Virus record (IMG/VR): IMGVR_UViG_3300042522_000840
DNA length: 64,000 nt
Strand: one strand, 5' to 3'
Source: an uncultured virus (IMG/VR IMGVR_UViG_3300042522_000840)
Taxonomy: Duplodnaviria > Heunggongvirae > Uroviricota > Caudoviricetes
Numbering within the stretch: the stretch's first letter is position 1; each line of letters begins with the position of its first letter. This document shows, piece after piece, positions 48,226 to 57,331 of this stretch. Position numbers and translations under genes: made by a program. The notes below the pieces were generated by a model. It made no database searches. It was given only the letters and a program-made list of their open reading frames with translations, and was not told the DNA's origin.

Positions 48226-49504
48226 CTACAATTCACCTTTAGTTTCTATTCAAGGTCAAATTGATGGTATTCGTTCGGACATTTTTGGACTGAATGCCGG
48301 TCTAACAAATATTGGCAGATTGCTTCAAAATGATAGAGTTGCTGAAAGAATTAGATTACGGGAAGAAGAACAGAAAGAAAGAACATTAACCCAACAACAA
48401 ATTAAAGTTGGTAAGGAAACTGAAATTGAAAGAAGAGTTGCGGAATCAATTGCATCTCCAATTAGAAAAGTTGAAAATAAAATATCAAATACTTTTGGTG
48501 GAATTAGTGAAGCATTAAAGGGATTATTTGGTACAATTTCAACACTTGGTATTGTAGGGTTACGTTCCAGTGTTTCTGTACTAGGTAAAACTATTAATGG
48601 AACTAAATCTCTAATTGCCAATTCACTTCGTTTAGTAATTGGAGCATTATCATCTCTTGGTTCTGGTTTTGGATTTGTTTTTAGATCTGTTACCGGTCTC
48701 ACAAAGAAAGTCTCGGACATTATATTCAAACTTGCTTCTTCACCTTTTAAAGCAATTGCAGATGCTTTTAAGTCGGTTTTTAGTTTAGGAGGTGGGGGTG
48801 CTGCTAAAGCTGCTGGGGCAGCAGTAGCAGTTAGTGGTGCGGCACTATCTACATTTGGAAAACTTTTAAGAGGTATTTCTGGACCAGCAGCGGCAGTTGG
48901 CATAGATATTGCTACTGGAGAAAGTCCTGAGAGAGCAGTTGCTGGCGGTGTCGGAGGCGCTGCCACTGGCGCTTTAACTGGTGCCGCTGCTGGTAGTGTT
49001 TTTGGACCTGCTGGGTCTCTTTTTGGTGGTATTGGTGGTTATTTTCTTGGATCTGCTGGCGCTAAATCTGCTTTTGATGCTACTCAAAAAAGTGGAATGA
49101 CTTTTGCAATGCCTAAAATTGATTTTAATATAGGGCAAACATTTGAACAGTTATCAAAGGGTTCCCAGAATTTTATCAATAATATGGGTGCTTTGATGTC
49201 TGGGTCTACCGAATCCACCAAACCAGTTACTACACCAATAAGTAATGTTTCAAAACCTGAGGTTTCCGCACAACCAAAACCTATTCCACTTCAAGTTCAA
49301 CCATATAATCCACCAACACCTGCAAAAGATTTAACTTTACCAGAACCAAAACCAGATATTGTAATGATGTCTACAGTTTCTGGACAACAAGAACAACAGG
49401 CGCCTGTAATGACTTCACCTGAAGACATTCCTTTCATATCTTCTGCAAATCCTGATAATTTTTATGTTCTATATTCACAACTCAATTATAATGTGGTAAT
49501 GTAA
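48218..49504 (+). CDS. Tail/baseplate structural protein (tape-measure-like Gly/Ala-rich helices)
   Basis: Coiled-coil N-terminus, GAAAG-rich segment, position after gp26/gp51. Confidence 0.5.
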   Translation: MDNYNSPLVSIQGQIDGIRSDIFGLNAGLTNIGRLLQNDRVAERIRLREEEQKERTLTQQQIKVGKETEIERRVAESIASPIRKVENKISNTFGGISEALKGLFGTISTLGIVGLRSSVSVLGKTINGTKSLIANSLRLVIGALSSLGSGFGFVFRSVTGLTKKVSDIIFKLASSPFKAIADAFKSVFSLGGGGAAKAAGAAVAVSGAALSTFGKLLRGISGPAAAVGIDIATGESPERAVAGGVGGAATGALTGAAAGSVFGPAGSLFGGIGGYFLGSAGAKSAFDATQKSGMTFAMPKIDFNIGQTFEQLSKGSQNFINNMGALMSGSTESTKPVTTPISNVSKPEVSAQPKPIPLQVQPYNPPTPAKDLTLPEPKPDIVMMSTVSGQQEQQAPVMTSPEDIPFISSANPDNFYVLYSQLNYNVVM

Positions 49505-49505
49505 G

Positions 49506-51476
49506 ATGGCAATAAATCCACTAGTTCCTATTTCAAAAACACTTGGAGTTGTAAAATATACTGCTGGATTAACTCAAAGAACTTTACGTGGAATGTCTGG
49601 TATTTTGTCTGAAAAAGACAGAGATAGAAAAACTATATCATCAAGTATTAAAATTTTAAAACAAAGAAGAATTCAAGATACTAAAAGAAAAAATACACAA
49701 GAGATAATTTCGGCACCTACTGTTGTTACCAGGTATAGAGGTCCAGCATTACTTGCACAAAGAAGCGATAATACTAGTTTTACAAGTCGTATTATGGGTT
49801 TTCTTGGTTACCTTGCTGCTGGATGGGCACTTAGAAATTTACCAACCTGGGTTGCAATTGGTGATCAACTTATAAGAAGAATTGGAGAAACTGGATCAGT
49901 AATGACTAAATTTGGATCAACTATTCAAAATTTTATTTTTGACATTGGTGGTTTGTTCAATGCTGCTTTTTCAAATCTTAAGCAATTTGATTTCACTGAT
50001 AGTTCTGGAAGATTGAAATCTTCATTAGATGATCTTTCTGGAACCATTATGACGATGGGTAATCAGTTAGAGGAAGCTCTTTCAATTTTAACCAAACCAT
50101 TTCTCGATATTCCACCAATAGGATCTCGTTCACAAAAACCAAGTGCTTATGATAAAAAACCCGAACAACCTACTCCTCCTGGTGGGCAACCAACTGGTGG
50201 TGGACCAGATTTTTGGATACTTTCATTAATTTCACATTATGAAAGCTTAAATCCACAAGGTGCTGCTGATGTAGCACAATCAATTTATAATAGAATGGGA
50301 TATAGTGGGAGAACTGCAAGACAAGAAATTTTGGCGAAGGGACAATATGAACCAGTAACGAAATTTGGTGGATATTCTGCTTGGAATAAAGTTGTAGATA
50401 GAGAAACTGCAATTGCTCATATTAAAAAATATCCAGGTAATGGCACAAGTGTTAGTGGTTTAGATAAAGTTACTTCTGCTTTGACTAATAAATCAATACA
50501 ACAAAGTGCTTCAAAGTTTATTGGTAATAGACCAGACTTCAGAAGTCAAGGGCATGAAAGAAAATATAATGATATGACTAATGATATTACAAGAAATGGG
50601 CAAACGTTTGGTTTTAATAGAGGTAGTTCTTATGTAGGAAAAAGCACTAGTGCTGCTAATGTTCCAGATTTTGGATTAAATCCACCAGTAGCAAAACCCA
50701 AACCAACAACTCCTGGAAAAATCCCAACATCGGTAATTGATGAAATTAATGTTGCTGGACCATCCGGAGGCACTCGTAGAGTTGGTAGAAGTGGTGGAAG
50801 AGGGGAATATCTTGCAAGGGGTGGAAGGCACAAAGGTATTGATATTGGAACATCAGGTCAAAAAGGTTATTATGTATCACTTGGACAAACTGGGAAAGTT
50901 ACTTATTCTGGTTGGAATGATGGTGGTTATGGTTACTTGGTAATTATTCGTTCAGGAAATCTTGAATTCTTTTTTGCACATTTGGCAAAAATATCAGTTA
51001 AGAATGGTGCTCCATATAATGGAGAAACGATAGGTGAAATTGGAAACACAGGTCGTTCTAGTGGTATTCATCTTCATTTTGAAGTTAGAATTGATGGTGG
51101 TGGTCCAATTAATCCAGAACCTTACTTGAAATTTCTTTCGATTGGTACACAATTTACTGCAATTTCTGGCAAACCAACCCAACCACCACAACCATTAACT
51201 CCTCTTGTAGGATCCGATTCAACAACAGTTAGAATTGGTAATGAAGAAATTCAAATTGATTCTGCATCGATTACAACTTTTAGTAAACTTCTAGAAAACT
51301 TAACAACTGAACAGAAAGGTAGAAAAGTTGTAGTGATTGATGATAGAAAACCATCGTCTCCACCAATGATATTTTCTGCTGGTGGTGGTGATATACTTTC
51401 TTCTGGTGTGAGTGAATTTACTTTGGTAAATAACTTTATGAAGAATAAACTTCTCTTAGATTTAACTTACCTATAA
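49506..51476 (+). CDS. Tail-associated protein with putative cell-wall hydrolase and M23 peptidase domains
   Basis: ADVAQSIYNR..GQYEP; HKGIDI...FAHL...GNTGRSSGIHLHFEVR. Confidence 0.8.
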   Translation: MAINPLVPISKTLGVVKYTAGLTQRTLRGMSGILSEKDRDRKTISSSIKILKQRRIQDTKRKNTQEIISAPTVVTRYRGPALLAQRSDNTSFTSRIMGFLGYLAAGWALRNLPTWVAIGDQLIRRIGETGSVMTKFGSTIQNFIFDIGGLFNAAFSNLKQFDFTDSSGRLKSSLDDLSGTIMTMGNQLEEALSILTKPFLDIPPIGSRSQKPSAYDKKPEQPTPPGGQPTGGGPDFWILSLISHYESLNPQGAADVAQSIYNRMGYSGRTARQEILAKGQYEPVTKFGGYSAWNKVVDRETAIAHIKKYPGNGTSVSGLDKVTSALTNKSIQQSASKFIGNRPDFRSQGHERKYNDMTNDITRNGQTFGFNRGSSYVGKSTSAANVPDFGLNPPVAKPKPTTPGKIPTSVIDEINVAGPSGGTRRVGRSGGRGEYLARGGRHKGIDIGTSGQKGYYVSLGQTGKVTYSGWNDGGYGYLVIIRSGNLEFFFAHLAKISVKNGAPYNGETIGEIGNTGRSSGIHLHFEVRIDGGGPINPEPYLKFLSIGTQFTAISGKPTQPPQPLTPLVGSDSTTVRIGNEEIQIDSASITTFSKLLENLTTEQKGRKVVVIDDRKPSSPPMIFSAGGGDILSSGVSEFTLVNNFMKNKLLLDLTYL

Positions 51477-52819
51477 TGTCTATTCAAAGGTCTATATTTG
51501 AAGAACTTATATTACAATCAAACGACGGTAAAAGAACAGTTGATATCAAAACTGGTGCGATTTCTATCGACTATTATGAGGACATTTTCTCACCGACAAT
51601 TACTGCAAGAATTCAAGTTGTAAATGATGGTAATACGATTCCATCAGCAAAAAATCCAGATGGTGAAAGACAATCAATCTATAATGGTTTACCACTAAGA
51701 GGTGGTGAAAGAGTATCTCTTAAGATTGCAGGTAATTCGACAACCAATCCTGGTTTAAATTTCTCAAATAGACCATCTGATTATCTCTATGTTTCAAGTA
51801 TTACTGATGTAATTTCACAATCACTTAGAGAAACTTTTACTCTACATCTAGTTTCAAGAGAAGCAATTACAAATGAAACATCCAGAGTATCAAAAAAATA
51901 TCCAACGAGTTTATCTATCGATCAATCTGTAAATAAGATTCTTACAGATTATCTCAAAGCAAATAATGTAGGAACATTGGATAAGGCATCAAATAAGTAT
52001 GGTTTTATTGGCAATATGAGAAAACCATTTACTGTTTTAGTATGGTTGGCATCAAAAGCAGTTCCAGAATCTTCAGGTGATGCAACTGCTGGTTTTGTAT
52101 TTTATCAAACTCGTGATGGATTTCAATTTAGAGCAATTGATTCATTACTAGACCCAAAAAAGAATCCAAAGAAAGCAGTCTATACTTATTATCAAACGAT
52201 GGTAAGTTATGATAATGATGGTAAGAAAGTAAATAATGACTTTAAGATTCTTAAGTATCTTACAGACAAAAATCAAAATCTAGTAGAGAAATTGCGACTT
52301 GGAACATATGCAAGTCACAGAATGTTTTTCAATCCTTATGACTTCAAGTTTTCAAAGTATGAAGAAGGATTGTTTAGACAAAATGACTATATTAATAAGT
52401 CGCAAAACCTTGGTGAAGATTTAAAATTACCACCACTTGGTGATGGAACTGATAGAACTCTTGGTGATGTTCCATCTAGAATTATTACTGCAATTTATGA
52501 CGTTGGAACTTTAGAAAAAGGTGTTTCAACTTCAATTAACTCAGACCAAAAGAAATATCAATCACAATCTTTAATGCGATACAATACATTAGTTACACAA
52601 ACTCTTAGTATTACAGTTCCATCTAATACTAATTTGAGAGCAGGTGATTTAATTGAATGTAGATTTCCTAAGATTTCTAGATCTGATACAACAGAATATG
52701 ACACCGAAACGAGCGGTCTATATATGATAAAGGAATTGTGTCATCATTTTGATGTTGAGCGTTCTTATACATCGATGAAATTAGTCAGGGATACTTTCGG
52801 AATTAATAAAGCAGCATAA
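51476..52819 (+). CDS. Baseplate hub-like protein
   Basis: YYEDIFSPTITA...LPLRGGE...SGLYMIKELCH; directly upstream of gp5. Confidence 0.65.
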   Translation: MSIQRSIFEELILQSNDGKRTVDIKTGAISIDYYEDIFSPTITARIQVVNDGNTIPSAKNPDGERQSIYNGLPLRGGERVSLKIAGNSTTNPGLNFSNRPSDYLYVSSITDVISQSLRETFTLHLVSREAITNETSRVSKKYPTSLSIDQSVNKILTDYLKANNVGTLDKASNKYGFIGNMRKPFTVLVWLASKAVPESSGDATAGFVFYQTRDGFQFRAIDSLLDPKKNPKKAVYTYYQTMVSYDNDGKKVNNDFKILKYLTDKNQNLVEKLRLGTYASHRMFFNPYDFKFSKYEEGLFRQNDYINKSQNLGEDLKLPPLGDGTDRTLGDVPSRIITAIYDVGTLEKGVSTSINSDQKKYQSQSLMRYNTLVTQTLSITVPSNTNLRAGDLIECRFPKISRSDTTEYDTETSGLYMIKELCHHFDVERSYTSMKLVRDTFGINKAA

Positions 52820-54733
52820 ATGTTAGATCAATCATTACTTAAAAGTCATTTTATTGGTAGAGATGGATTCCGTTGGTGGATAGGGCAAATTGCCCCCATC
52901 GATGCTTGGAAACAGCAAGTTGAAGGTGGTGGGTGGTCATATCGATATAAGGTTAGAATACTTGGTTACCATCCTTATAGTGTTGCGGAACTTTCAAATG
53001 AGGATCTACCCTGGGCACAGGCACTTCTTCCCACCACTGCTGGAACTGGTTCTGCAAACTGTACAACGGGAGTCCAACTTCAACCAGGTGATGTCGTTGT
53101 TGGTTTCTTTTTAGATGGTGATGATGCCCAGATACCAGTTATTCTTGCAGCGTTTGCAAATACGACTCAAAGACCAGATACTCTATATACTTCGCCATTT
53201 GTTCCTTTTACTGGGTTTAATGAATTTATTGAAAAGAATAACAAAACAACTCCAAGTCAAGCATCTCAACCAACATCAGATGCTCAACGTTCACCTGCAG
53301 ATTTAACAGACGAGCAAGCGAAGAAGTTATCTCAACAAGTTGGTCAACAAGTTGTTCCAACTAACTCTGCAATTGGGGATGTTGTTCATTTAGCAAATAC
53401 AGTTAGAAATAAACAGATTGATAAAATTCAAGGAACAGTAAGGAATCTTCTGAAAAAAATTGGAAAATTTCAAGGTGATGCCGATAAAATTAAAGATGAG
53501 ATTGATAAGGTAGTTGATAAGATAGTATCTTATTGTAATGAATTTATTGGTGGTCTTTTCGATTCTTTGACTGTAAAACTTCTTGAGATTTTAAAAAAAG
53601 GTTTGAATTTATTATACAAATTGGTTTATGCTCAGGTTTTGGCAGCAACTGGTAATCCAGCAGCAGCACACCTTGCTGGAGTTGCGGCACAGCAAGCAAT
53701 GGTGATTCCAGTAAAGAAACTTGAAGAAGCGTTTAGTTGTATTGCTGGTTCAGTGATTGATAACTTAAAGTCTGCTGTTGCTGACATTTTGAACTCTGTT
53801 GTATCGAATGTTGATCGATTTGTGACTTGTGCAGCAGAACAATTTACTGGTTCTCTATTAAACACAATCATCGATACAATTGAGGTATTTGTTGAGGGAC
53901 CTCTAGAAGGAGTTCAAAAACTATTACAATTCTTCTCCGACTTTAATGTTGGAAATATGCTGAGAGATGGTATAGGATTGCTTACAGATCTTGGAGTTAC
54001 ATTTGCTTGTAATCAAAATACTGATAACTTTAGGGGACTTGTAAATAATTGGGTTCTTGGTTATGGACCTGCTTCTGATTCAAAGGCAGCATATGACATT
54101 GTTCAAGAAATGACAAATTACATAGCATCTGGTCAAGCTTTGAATAACATTGTCGAATGCTTCACTGACGCATTAGACTTTGCAAGTCCACCAACGATTA
54201 ATATTTTTGGTGGTTTGGGTTCTGGTGCAACAGCAGTTCCAATTTTTGGTAATGTGACTACAGATTCTTCAGGAAACACTACAGCAAGTGTAATTGGTGT
54301 TCAAGTTACAAACCCTGGTTCTGGATATAAATACCCACCTTTCATTGAAATTGTAGATGATGCAGACCAAGGATATGGTGCAGTAGCCAGGACAAAAATT
54401 AAAAATGGTCAAGTAAGTTCCATTTATATGGTATCAGAGGGTGAAAATTACTCTGTTGGTGATATTTCGCAATACTCAGTTCTAGATGTTTTTGTTGAAA
54501 ATGGTGGTGGTGGATATGAAGACGCAATTGTAACTGATAACCTTGGCAACACTTACAATTCCCAAATTGTTGATGGTCGTATCTATCAGGTTGAACCTCT
54601 AAATAATGTTGTGGATTCTTTTCCAACTCTCAAAGTTACATCCAATACAGGAACAGGGGCAATTCTTAGACCACTACTTGGCGATCCGAAGTTTACTGGT
54701 GAAGTAGAAACAGTTGTAAATTGTGTAGTGTAA
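52820..54733 (+). CDS. gp5: Baseplate hub / spike protein gp5-like, N-terminal OB-fold part
   Basis: GRDGFRWWIGQ...RYKVRILGYH...LPWA...VVGFFLDG...QIPVI. Confidence 0.8.
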   Translation: MLDQSLLKSHFIGRDGFRWWIGQIAPIDAWKQQVEGGGWSYRYKVRILGYHPYSVAELSNEDLPWAQALLPTTAGTGSANCTTGVQLQPGDVVVGFFLDGDDAQIPVILAAFANTTQRPDTLYTSPFVPFTGFNEFIEKNNKTTPSQASQPTSDAQRSPADLTDEQAKKLSQQVGQQVVPTNSAIGDVVHLANTVRNKQIDKIQGTVRNLLKKIGKFQGDADKIKDEIDKVVDKIVSYCNEFIGGLFDSLTVKLLEILKKGLNLLYKLVYAQVLAATGNPAAAHLAGVAAQQAMVIPVKKLEEAFSCIAGSVIDNLKSAVADILNSVVSNVDRFVTCAAEQFTGSLLNTIIDTIEVFVEGPLEGVQKLLQFFSDFNVGNMLRDGIGLLTDLGVTFACNQNTDNFRGLVNNWVLGYGPASDSKAAYDIVQEMTNYIASGQALNNIVECFTDALDFASPPTINIFGGLGSGATAVPIFGNVTTDSSGNTTASVIGVQVTNPGSGYKYPPFIEIVDDADQGYGAVARTKIKNGQVSSIYMVSEGENYSVGDISQYSVLDVFVENGGGGYEDAIVTDNLGNTYNSQIVDGRIYQVEPLNNVVDSFPTLKVTSNTGTGAILRPLLGDPKFTGEVETVVNCVV

Positions 54734-54734
54734 A

Positions 54735-55304
54735 ATGGCAGCAAGAAAGAAAAACTTATACAAGAGACAACTAATTAGTTTTAATCCAAACTTCAGGATT
54801 GATACTGCAAATCCTGAAATGGGTGGATCGGGAACAGATGTTTATAAGATTTATGGCGTAACTGATAATGGAGATAATCAATCATCAATCAGTCTAAGTA
54901 GTGGTGGTTTATTTTCGATCTACAATGATCATACAATTCAAATATCTGGTGGAACTAATAATGAAAAAGGTAGAGAAGATGTAGTTATCATCGGTAAAAA
55001 TGGAAATGTTTCAGTCTCTGCTGACGGAACAGTTCGCATTTATGCCACAAACATTATGCTTGAGGCAGAAGAAGATATTCATTTGAAGGCAGGTAGAAAT
55101 ATTAATTTGAAAGCAGGTTCTGGCAGATTAATGCTAGATGGAAAAAGAGTAGATGTTAAAGGTATGAGTGGCAATTTAATTTCTTTACTTGGAATGGATT
55201 TTACTAAAAAAGTTTTCGAAGGTAGTTTTGTTGGTATTGATGCAATTGATGGTCTGGTTGGGGATATTGTTGGTAGTGTAGTTAATAACTTAGTTGGTGG
55301 TTAA
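54735..55304 (+). CDS. gp5 C-terminal-like beta-helical spike protein
   Basis: Repetitive beta-strand pattern NVSVSADG..IMLEAEEDIHLKAGRNINLKAG. Confidence 0.55.
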   Translation: MAARKKNLYKRQLISFNPNFRIDTANPEMGGSGTDVYKIYGVTDNGDNQSSISLSSGGLFSIYNDHTIQISGGTNNEKGREDVVIIGKNGNVSVSADGTVRIYATNIMLEAEEDIHLKAGRNINLKAGSGRLMLDGKRVDVKGMSGNLISLLGMDFTKKVFEGSFVGIDAIDGLVGDIVGSVVNNLVGG

Positions 55305-55305
55305 A

Positions 55306-55989
55306 ATGGCAGAAATTAAGTATTATGGTTTAGAGTCTCATTTTAACGAGAATGTGACTTTTTATAAGGACGTCAATATTCAGGGCAATTTAAATTACGA
55401 TTCTTTAACTGTTAGAAATCTTACTGTTAATGAGAAATCAATTCTTGGAACAGTTAAAGTATCTTCGGGCATTGTAACGGCAACTTCTGGTATTACAACT
55501 TATTATGGTGATGCTGCTAATATGACTGTTAATGGGTCAACTTTGGCATCTGCAATTACTGGAATAGGTGCCATTGTTCCATCTGGGGTAATTGTAATGT
55601 GGTCTGGAACCATTACAAATATCCCAACAGGATGGGCACTTTGCAATGGTTCTAATGGAACACCAGACTTAAGAAGTAAATTTATTGTAGGTGCAACCAG
55701 TGATGCTTCTACTGGAGTCACATTTAATGCTGATACTGGTGCTGTAAGTGGAGCATATGCGCCTGGAAATACTGGTGGTTCAGTTGCACATCAATTGACA
55801 ACTGCTGAAATGCCCGCACACACACATACTACAGAAAGCAATAATGCAACTGGTGGTAATTATAGTGGTGGTGGAAATAGTAGTAATTTAGGTCCTTATT
55901 ATTCAACAACCACTGGTTCTGCGGGCGCAAGTGATTTTCATGAAAACCGACCTCCATACTATGCTCTAGCATTTATCATGAAAACCTAA
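55306..55989 (+). CDS. Tail collar domain / short fibre protein
   Basis: VPSGVIVMWSG...IPTGWALCNGSNGTPDLR.KFIVGA...HENRPPYYALAFIMK. Confidence 0.85.
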   Translation: MAEIKYYGLESHFNENVTFYKDVNIQGNLNYDSLTVRNLTVNEKSILGTVKVSSGIVTATSGITTYYGDAANMTVNGSTLASAITGIGAIVPSGVIVMWSGTITNIPTGWALCNGSNGTPDLRSKFIVGATSDASTGVTFNADTGAVSGAYAPGNTGGSVAHQLTTAEMPAHTHTTESNNATGGNYSGGGNSSNLGPYYSTTTGSAGASDFHENRPPYYALAFIMKT

Positions 55990-56010
55990 CCACTTTTAAA
56001 ATTGGCACAC

Positions 56011-56039
56011 TTGACACCCCCACCCATCTGCCCTATAAT
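56011..56039 (+). promoter_or_regulatory. Consensus sigma70 promoter
   Basis: TTGACA-17 nt-TATAAT. Confidence 0.85.
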
Positions 56040-56064
56040 ATGGGGGTAATCAACGGAACACCAC

Positions 56065-56265
56065 ATGACCGCCGCACAAGAGATCGTCCAAGGCATTGTG
56101 ATTGATATCTGCACCCGCACCTTTCTTCTTCTCAGCGATCACGGCAGCGAGCGTCGAGTGGAGTGTGATACTGTTGAAGAGTTTATGAACGTACTGGAAG
56201 TTGTCACCGCACAACTTGATCCTGAGCAGATTGAGTATGCTGATCTTGCGATTTACGGCGAGTGA
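56065..56265 (+). CDS. Hypothetical protein
   Basis: 66-aa ORF right after promoter. Confidence 0.7.
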   Translation: MTAAQEIVQGIVIDICTRTFLLLSDHGSERRVECDTVEEFMNVLEVVTAQLDPEQIEYADLAIYGE

Positions 56266-56295
56266 TGCGATAATATAAATATCGAAAAGAAACGA

Positions 56296-56469
56296 ATGGA
56301 AGTTTTTACGGTGGAAGAGTTTCAAGAAAAGTTTGATGAACTTATGGAACGAGTTGAAAATGGTGAAAGTTTAGGTATAATCAATGAGAATGGACAGGCA
56401 GCGGTTATGATACCTGCTGATGATGACTTTGTACGAATACACACTGAGTGTAATAACGAAGCATCATGA
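56296..56469 (+). CDS. Phd/YefM antitoxin-like small protein (57 aa)
   Basis: Manually translated MEVFTVEEFQEKFDELMERVENGESLGIINENGQAAVMIP. Confidence 0.55.
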   Translation: MEVFTVEEFQEKFDELMERVENGESLGIINENGQAAVMIPADDDFVRIHTECNNEAS

Positions 56470-56475
56470 ACGCAC

Positions 56476-56547
56476 GGGGGTATAGCTTAATGGTTAGAGC
56501 GGGCTCCTTATAAGGGCTTAGTCTGGGTTCAACTCCCAGTATCCCCA
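56476..56547 (+). tRNA. trnI: tRNA-Ile(UAU)
   Basis: Acceptor gggggta/tatcccc, anticodon loop cttataa, T arm ctggg-ttcaact-cccag. Confidence 0.88.
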
Positions 56548-56570
56548 TTCGCTATTCGCAAATAGCGAAT

Positions 56571-56642
56571 GCTCGTTTAGCAATCTGGGAATGCAATCGT
56601 CTCATAAACGATAGAAGGTCGGATCGTAACCGACAACGAGCA
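56571..56642 (+). tRNA. trnM: tRNA with CAU anticodon (elongator Met, or Ile2)
   Basis: Acceptor gctcgtt/aacgagc, anticodon arm atcgt-ctcataa-acgat, T arm gtcgg-atcgtaa-ccgac. Confidence 0.82.
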
Positions 56643-56643
56643 C

Positions 56644-56672
56644 TTGACTATTATGATTCTTTGAGTTATAAT
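56644..56672 (+). promoter_or_regulatory. Sigma70 promoter for trnL
   Basis: TTGACT-17 nt-TATAAT. Confidence 0.8.
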
Positions 56673-56684
56673 GGTCTCATACAC

Positions 56685-56956
56685 GCCCGTGTAGCCCAGC
56701 GGAAGAGGCAAGAGACTTATGTAAAATTGAGCCTCATTTGGGAAACCTTATGAGTGTAATTCCTCAAATTCGGTGAAACCTGTAAAATGGCAATACCGAG
56801 CCAAGCATCGCAAGATGAAGGTGTAGAGACTAGACGGGGAACACCTAAACCGAAAGGTATGGTGAAGGTATAGTCCAGACCACAAACTGAAAAGGCAACG
56901 AAAGTTGTAGTGGTAAGAAAATCTCTCAAGCGGTGGTTCGAATCCACTCACGGGTA
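56685..56956 (+). tRNA. trnL: tRNA-Leu(UAA), exons 56685-56718 and 56918-56956
   Basis: Spliced 73 nt: acceptor gcccgtg/cacgggt, anticodon arm agaga-cttaaaa-tctct, T arm ggtgg-ttcgaat-ccact. Confidence 0.9.
56719..56917 (+). mobile_element. Group I intron (IC3/trnL-like), 199 nt, no ORF
   Basis: Follows exon U, ends in G; P aaattcggtgaaac, Q aataccgagcc, R gtagagactagacgg, S gaaggtatagtcc; IGS ttgagcc. Confidence 0.92.
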
Positions 56957-56990
56957 TTAAAAATAAATATAAGATATTAGGCACACCCCT

Positions 56991-57293
56991 ATGTCTTATC
57001 GTATCGATCACGCATACTGCTGGTACAATAATGGCAGTATGATTGTGAAGATGTATTTTATCAATCATATTCCCTTCACGTTCGATGAACTTCCAGACGG
57101 GCACTTATACGATCAAGACCTTTGTAGATTAGCAGACAAAGAGAGAACCTTTGAACCAGAAGACTTATATAAAACCTCATTCTATCTTATAGACGAAGAG
57201 GCACATCCATGCTTCTTTCCAGTGGACTTAGAAAACCCTGAAGACCTTCCAGATGACCTCGAATTTGAATATGATGGGGAAGATTTGACTTGA
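56991..57293 (+). CDS. Conserved cyanophage hypothetical protein
   Basis: IVKMYFIN.IPFTFDE...YLIDEEAHP. Confidence 0.7.
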   Translation: MSYRIDHAYCWYNNGSMIVKMYFINHIPFTFDELPDGHLYDQDLCRLADKERTFEPEDLYKTSFYLIDEEAHPCFFPVDLENPEDLPDDLEFEYDGEDLT

Positions 57294-57331
57294 TAAATAA
57301 AGAATAGAAATAATCTAGAAGAAGTAATACG

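Noticed and set aside
56717..57104. Minus-strand ORFs of 76 and 118 aa
   Set aside because: Antisense to the tRNA intron and next gene; no recognisable motifs
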